NCBI GenBank assembly: GCA_963826115.1
Contig: CAWGVS010000005.1
Coordinates: 1,056,001-1,120,000 of the forward strand
Reading direction: 5' to 3'
DNA length: 64,000 bases
DNA from: an uncultured Candidatus Rokubacteria bacterium
GTDB taxonomy: Bacteria; Methylomirabilota; Methylomirabilia; Rokubacteriales; DASRDR01
Below the pieces are notes generated by a model. That model was not told the DNA's origin. It saw only the letters and a program-made list of their open reading frames with translations, and ran no database searches. The position numbers and the translations under genes were made by a program. Below, one piece after another: positions 58,872 to 64,000 of the stretch; within the stretch, counting starts at the first letter, position 1; each line of letters begins with the position of its first letter.

Positions 58872-60101
58872 TCATTGTCGCACAGCCTCGGTAGCGCCTT
58901 CCGCCCGCGCGTAGCCAACGAGCTCGACGTACCCCCCACCCCCGACCGGGCGCCCCTCCGCCCGGCCCTCGACGCGGACCGCGCCCTCCCAGTAGCGGAC
59001 CGCGACGTCGAGCTCCTGGTCCACGAGGAGCGGCGTCACGACGAGATCGAGCCCCGCGATCGGCACGCGGAGCCGCCAGCGCATGGGATAGCGCGTCCCG
59101 CCCCGCGGGCTCGTCCATCGGTCGAGGACCTCCACCTCGACGGCGTCGCGCTCGAGGAGGCGTGTCGCGCCGTCGCCGGCGACCAGGGTGCCCTGGCTCG
59201 TCGACGCCACGCCCCCGTCGCGCTGGCGCAGGCGATAGAGCATCAGCTCGCGGCCATCGTCGAGCTGGAGCGCGAACCAGTCCCAGCCCACCAGATCGGC
59301 GCCGAGAGCGCTCGTGCTCCACTCCCGGTCCATCCACGCGACCCCGTCGACGGAGACGGCGGCGCCACCCGCCCGCACCGTTCCCGAGACCGGCATCCGC
59401 GTCAGCGAGTAGTAGTAGGAGGCGTTGCCTGGCTCGGCGCTCTTCCGGGAGAGCCCCCGGTCGCCGTGAAGCACCGGCGGCTTCCCCGGGGACAGCGCGA
59501 GGTCGAGTCCGAGCTCGCCGTCACCCGCGTGGAGCCGCAGCGGCCAGCCCCCCGGCGACGCCTCCGCGCTCCAGTCGCCGACCCACACCCGGAGCGGCTC
59601 CCCCGCCGAGCCCGCCAGGTCCAGGGCGCCCCGCCCCCAACGGTCACGCGCCCGGAAGCGGGCGCCGTCGACATCCGTCAGCGCGAGGTGGGCCATGTAG
59701 ACGTCGCGCGTGGCCCACGCGGAGCGACGCGGCGCGATGGTCGGCGCGAGGGCCGTGCGGAAGAACGTCAGCTGGAAGCCGAACCGTCGCGCGGTGCCCG
59801 GCTCGCCGGGGGTCCGGAGGTGCCCCGTCCAGTACCACCACTCGGAGCGGAACGCCGGATGCGGACCGTGGTCCACCGGGAACGCGAGCGGCCGGGGAGC
59901 GAGCGCGCGCTCGAAACCCTCGACGCCGGTGCCGCCGAGGGCCTCGCTCACCGAGACCGTGGCCCGGAGCGCGGGCGCTGCGCGCCCGGTGTCGAGGCGA
60001 ATCACGAGCGCGAGCCCCGCGCCCAGGACCAGGACGGCAGCCAGCACGCCCGCGAGCAGCCCGACGCCCGGTCTCGGCGAGATCACGCCCTCACTCCTCA
60101 C
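58872..60101 (-). CDS. AttH/CrtC-like lipocalin-fold secreted protein
   Basis: FPVDHGPHP.FRSEWWY, GFQLTFFR, ASYYYS, WMDREWS, GWDWF, YWEG. Confidence 0.88.
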   Translation of the reverse strand: MRSEGVISPRPGVGLLAGVLAAVLVLGAGLALVIRLDTGRAAPALRATVSVSEALGGTGVEGFERALAPRPLAFPVDHGPHPAFRSEWWYWTGHLRTPGEPGTARRFGFQLTFFRTALAPTIAPRRSAWATRDVYMAHLALTDVDGARFRARDRWGRGALDLAGSAGEPLRVWVGDWSAEASPGGWPLRLHAGDGELGLDLALSPGKPPVLHGDRGLSRKSAEPGNASYYYSLTRMPVSGTVRAGGAAVSVDGVAWMDREWSTSALGADLVGWDWFALQLDDGRELMLYRLRQRDGGVASTSQGTLVAGDGATRLLERDAVEVEVLDRWTSPRGGTRYPMRWRLRVPIAGLDLVVTPLLVDQELDVAVRYWEGAVRVEGRAEGRPVGGGGYVELVGYARAEGATEAVRQ

Positions 60102-62643
60102 GCAGCGCGGGCGCTGGCGGGGTCCGCGCCATGCGCCAGGCCGGATAGGCGCCGGCCGCGAGGGCGGCGAGGAGCGCCAGCCCGACCGCCTGGAGCAGGA
60201 CGTCCGCGGGCACCGTCGTCTCGATCGACCAGCCGAACGCCCGGCGGTTGATGACGTGGATCAACACGAGGGCGAGGCCGATCCCCACGGGAACCGCGAG
60301 CAGGCCGGCGACGCCTCCGAGAAACCCGGTCTCGGCCAGCACGAGCCGCCACACCTCTCGCGGCGTCAGCCCCTGAGCGCGGAGCACGCCCAGCTCGCGC
60401 GCTCGCTCGAGCTGGAGCGCCAGGAGGGCGCTCAGCACGCCGACGATCGCCACCACCGTCGCGACAAGACGCAGCACCGCCGTGATCGCGAAGGTGCGGT
60501 CGAAGACCTCGAGCGACGCCTCGCGGAGCGCTCGGTTCGAGCGGATGAGGAGGTCTTGCGTCTCCCCCGCCCGCGCGCGCAGCGCCTGGACGGCCGCCTC
60601 CCGGTCCGCTCCGGGCGTCAGCACGATTCCCAGGGACGAGACCCCTCGGTCCTCCCAGTTCGCCTCGTAGGTCCGCCGGCTCACCATGACGACCCCTTGA
60701 TCCGAGCCGTAGTCCGCGAACACGCCGGCAACCGGGAAGCCGCGGTCGCCCCGGTCGGTGCGGAGGGTCAGCGTGCTGCCGACCGCGAGACCGTGCCGGT
60801 AGGCGTAGGGCTCCGACACGATCGCCGCGCCGCCCTCCTGGAAGGCGGGCCACACCTCGTCCGGCGAACCCGCGCGGAAGCGGAACTGGCGGTAGGTCCC
60901 CGGACCGATGCCGAGCGCCACGAGCTGGGTCGGCCCGAACGGCGAGCCGACGCGCACCCCCCGGTAGGTGCCGACGGCCTCCACGCCTGGCGCGTCGCGA
61001 AGCCGCGCGATGACCGCCGGGTCGAGAGCGGAGTCGCCGCCCCGGCCCGCTCGGAGAGTCGGCGCGGCCACGTAGACGTCGGCGGCGAGCGACGTCTCGA
61101 GCCAGCGCTCGACGGTGGCGCGGAAGCTCCGGATCATCACGCCGACCCCGACTGTCGCCGCGACCGCCACCATCAGCGCCGCGACCGCCACGCCGGTCCT
61201 CGACAGCCGGGCGACGACGCCGCGCGCCGCCATCCGGCCCGGCAGCCCGAGGAGCCACCCGAGCCCCGGCGCCGCCGCCCGGGCCGCGCCCACCATGACG
61301 AGCGGCGTGAGGAGCGCGGCGCCCAGGATGCCGGTGAACAGTCCGACGTAGCTCCACGCGAGGCTCCGTCCGGCTAACGCCACCACGACGCCCCCCACCG
61401 CGAGCGCCGCGGCGCCGGCGAGCGCGGCCCGCGGCGCCGCCCCTCGCGCGCGCGCCTCGAGGGCCACGCGCCTCAGCGCGGCGCCGGGAGGCGTGACGCT
61501 CGCCTCCGCCGCGGGGACAAGCGCCGCGAGGAGCGTCGCCCCGATGCCGAGCGCCGCGCCCTTCGCCAGCACGCCGGGAGACAGGGCCAGGTCGCGGACG
61601 ACGACCGTGAAGTAGAGGTCGTTCATGGTCCGGGTCACGAGGCGCACGAGCCCGCCCCCGAGCCCCACACCGGCGCCGAGCCCGATGACCGTCGCGGCGA
61701 GTCCGAGGAGGAGCGCCTCGACAAGGACGATCGCGACGATCTCCGCCCGCGTGACGCCGAGCGCCCGCAGCATCCCGATCGTCGCCCGGCGCTGGACCAC
61801 CGAGAACGTCATGGTGTTGTAGGCGAGGAACAGCCCGACCATCAGCGCCAGGAGCGACAGGGCCGTCAGGTTCACGTCGAAGGCGCGCGTCAGCTCCTCG
61901 ACGAACTCGCTCCGTGCGGCCGCGGTCACCACCTCGACCCCAGGCGGCAGCACGGCGCGGACCCGGGCCAGCGTCGCTTCCCCGGCCGCGCCGAACGGGA
62001 GCGCGAGGTCGATGCGCGAGAGGCGCCCGGGACGGCCCAGGATCTCCTGGGCCGTCGACACGTCCGCGACCACCAGCCCGCGGAGGGCCTGGCGGCTCCG
62101 CGAGTCCGCGGGCTCGATGAGCCCGACCACGCGCGCCGGGCGCGCCTGGCCCGCGACGCGAAGGACCAGCGAGCCGGATACGACAACGCCCAGGTCGGCC
62201 GCGGTCTCGCGGCTCACCAGCACCGCGCCCGGCTGGGTGACCAATGCCGTCAGGGCCCGAGCGCCTCCGGCCGCCGCGCGGCCGAGGTACGGGCGAAACG
62301 GCGCCTCGCTGAACGGGTCCACGCCGAGGAGCTGGAGCGCCCGATCGGGCGCGCCCTCGACGCCGACCCACGCCTCCACTGCCGGCGCGATCGGCTCCAC
62401 GCCGACCTCGCGGGCGAGGCGTGTCACCACGCGCTCGTCGAGGCCGGCCGGGCCCCCCACGACGTGATGGGTCGCGCGCCCGGTGACGCCTTCCGTGGCG
62501 AGTCCGAAGGCTCGGCGCGCGCTCGCGCTCGCCAGGTCGATCGACACGACGACCGCGACGCCGAGGGCGATCCCGAGGACGGCCAGCGCCGCCTGCCACG
62601 GGTGGCGCGCGAGATGCCGCGCGCTGGCGCGGAACAGCGTCAT
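60091..62643 (-). CDS. FtsX/MacB-like ABC transporter permease (AttF/G-like)
   Basis: [41 protein letters not shown]. Confidence 0.88.
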   Translation of the reverse strand: MTLFRASARHLARHPWQAALAVLGIALGVAVVVSIDLASASARRAFGLATEGVTGRATHHVVGGPAGLDERVVTRLAREVGVEPIAPAVEAWVGVEGAPDRALQLLGVDPFSEAPFRPYLGRAAAGGARALTALVTQPGAVLVSRETAADLGVVVSGSLVLRVAGQARPARVVGLIEPADSRSRQALRGLVVADVSTAQEILGRPGRLSRIDLALPFGAAGEATLARVRAVLPPGVEVVTAAARSEFVEELTRAFDVNLTALSLLALMVGLFLAYNTMTFSVVQRRATIGMLRALGVTRAEIVAIVLVEALLLGLAATVIGLGAGVGLGGGLVRLVTRTMNDLYFTVVVRDLALSPGVLAKGAALGIGATLLAALVPAAEASVTPPGAALRRVALEARARGAAPRAALAGAAALAVGGVVVALAGRSLAWSYVGLFTGILGAALLTPLVMVGAARAAAPGLGWLLGLPGRMAARGVVARLSRTGVAVAALMVAVAATVGVGVMIRSFRATVERWLETSLAADVYVAAPTLRAGRGGDSALDPAVIARLRDAPGVEAVGTYRGVRVGSPFGPTQLVALGIGPGTYRQFRFRAGSPDEVWPAFQEGGAAIVSEPYAYRHGLAVGSTLTLRTDRGDRGFPVAGVFADYGSDQGVVMVSRRTYEANWEDRGVSSLGIVLTPGADREAAVQALRARAGETQDLLIRSNRALREASLEVFDRTFAITAVLRLVATVVAIVGVLSALLALQLERARELGVLRAQGLTPREVWRLVLAETGFLGGVAGLLAVPVGIGLALVLIHVINRRAFGWSIETTVPADVLLQAVGLALLAALAAGAYPAWRMARTPPAPALREE

Positions 62644-63359
62644 CGGAACCCGGGCGCCGCCGCTTGGGCCTCGACGACGTGGCCGTGATCGAGACGCAGC
62701 ACCCGGTCCGCGAACCCCGCCACCTCGGGACTGTGCGTCGCAATGACCATCGTGCGCCCGGCGCGCCGGGTGAGCCGGTCGAGGAGATCCAGCACCTGCC
62801 GACCGGTGTCGACGTCGAGGTTCCCCGTGGGCTCGTCGGCCAGCACGAGCACGGGCTCGTGAACCAGCGCCCGCGCGACCGCGACCCGCTGCTGCTCGCC
62901 GCCGGAGAGCTCCTCGGGGAACGCACGCGCCCGATCCCCGAGCCCGATCTCGTCGAGGAGGGCTCCGGCCCGGGCGCGCACCGTGTCGCGCGGCTTGCCG
63001 ATCAACTCGAGGGGCAGGTGGAGGTTCTCCTCCACCGTCAGCGTGGGAATCAGGTTGAAGAACTGGAAGACGAAGCCGACGTGGCGGCGACGGAACAGCG
63101 TGCGGGCCGCCTCCGACGCCTCGGCGAGCGAGAGGCCGTCGACGACGACCTGGCCCGCCGTGGGCACGTCGATGCCGCCGATCAGGTTCAGCAGCGTGGA
63201 CTTGCCCGAGCCGCTCCGGCCCACGAGGGCGCACAGCTCGCCGCGCGGGATCGTCACGTCGACGCCGCGCAGGACCGCGCGATCGGCGTCGCCTTCCCGG
63301 TAGGCCTTCGTGACCCCGCGAAGCTCGACGAGGGGCGTCGCGGGGGACGGCGACCTCAT
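62640..63359 (-). CDS. ABC transporter ATP-binding protein (LolD/AttE-like)
   Basis: [35 protein letters not shown]. Confidence 0.92.
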   Translation of the reverse strand: MRSPSPATPLVELRGVTKAYREGDADRAVLRGVDVTIPRGELCALVGRSGSGKSTLLNLIGGIDVPTAGQVVVDGLSLAEASEAARTLFRRRHVGFVFQFFNLIPTLTVEENLHLPLELIGKPRDTVRARAGALLDEIGLGDRARAFPEELSGGEQQRVAVARALVHEPVLVLADEPTGNLDVDTGRQVLDLLDRLTRRAGRTMVIATHSPEVAGFADRVLRLDHGHVVEAQAAAPGFR

Positions 63360-64000
63360 TCGGCCGCGGTGAGCGCCCCGAAGTGGCAGAGCCGGATGTC
63401 GAGCCGTTCCACGGTCGCCCGGGCCTCGCGGTCGCACAGCGCCGCCAGCTCGACGTCGCGCTGGCGCCCGTAGCGGCTGTAGGCGAGGTCGTCGTCGAAG
63501 ACGCCCGGGTGGCACATGAGCTCGGTGACGCCGAGGGGCAGCGTCGCGAGCTGGTCCAGGAGGCGCTCGGTCGTCCAGTACGGCTCGACCTGCGCGTCGC
63601 CGATGAACGCGTCGGTGGTGGCGATGTCCCGGCGCCGCAAGCCGTCGCGGAAGCCCGGGTCCTGGCTCCGGAGCGGAAGCCTCGCCGCCAGGACGACGTC
63701 GACGACCGCGTCCATCACGCGCGGCAGCCGGTGCGCGTGATGGTGGCTGTCGAGGTGCGTGGGCCCGCGCCCGAACCGGCGCGTGAAGAGCTCGATCTGC
63801 GCCTCGCACTCCCGCCGGACCTCGTCCGGGCGGGCGCGCGCCCCGAGCGCCGTCAGGTCCCGCCCGAGCCGGCCCTCGTCGTCGACCAGCGAGGGGACCG
63901 TGTCCGGCGATGACACCGGGCGTCCCCACGTGAGGTTGAAGTGGAGGCCGAGCCCCAGACGCGGCAGCGCCGCGGCCTCGGCGTCGAGCTCCGGCTGCGG
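63356..64000 (-). CDS. ChbG/YdjC/HpnK family deacetylase (5' end outside window)
   Basis: [25 protein letters not shown]. Confidence 0.88.
   Translation of the reverse strand, partial: PQPELDAEAAALPRLGLGLHFNLTWGRPVSSPDTVPSLVDDEGRLGRDLTALGARARPDEVRRECEAQIELFTRRFGRGPTHLDSHHHAHRLPRVMDAVVDVVLAARLPLRSQDPGFRDGLRRRDIATTDAFIGDAQVEPYWTTERLLDQLATLPLGVTELMCHPGVFDDDLAYSRYGRQRDVELAALCDREARATVERLDIRLCHFGALTAAE

Overview
GC-rich bacterial chromosomal window. The gene content (expanded orphan ABC_sub_bind-type binding proteins, zinc-ribbon cyclase-STAND-TPR proteins) suggests Ca. Rokubacteria/Methylomirabilota; this is an inference. No rRNA, tRNA or CRISPR array was recognised. Housekeeping and metabolic blocks: a sugar ABC + Gfo/Idh/MocA cluster, a peptide ABC, acyl-CoA genes, cytochromes, tsaB-rimI, glyA-nrdR, EmrAB-type efflux, an FAD-linked oxidase and an AttEFGH-like ABC-lipocalin cluster. 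An accessory zone lies at about 19.5-29.9 kb. Most notable observations: (1) a 6,068-bp tyrosine-recombinase element integrated in the 3' end of an HMG-CoA-synthase-like/DUF35 gene, with a synonymously recoded second copy of the gene end, carrying a HicB/HicA-like pair and a cyclase-STAND-TPR gene; (2) a tandem array of orphan binding-protein genes in which an unrelated methyltransferase carries the binding-protein C-terminal tail, suggesting cassette-like gene capture through the conserved gene ends; (3) a selenoprotein candidate missed by the ORF track (glutaredoxin-like UxxC + DinB-like domain, in-frame UGA with a SECIS-like hairpin); (4) an 11-aa Lys-rich micropeptide gene with its own promoter, SD and hairpin; (5) a 107-bp tandem repeat that duplicates a gene end around a REP-like hairpin. 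Seven single-base indels in otherwise intact genes probably reflect sequencing error.
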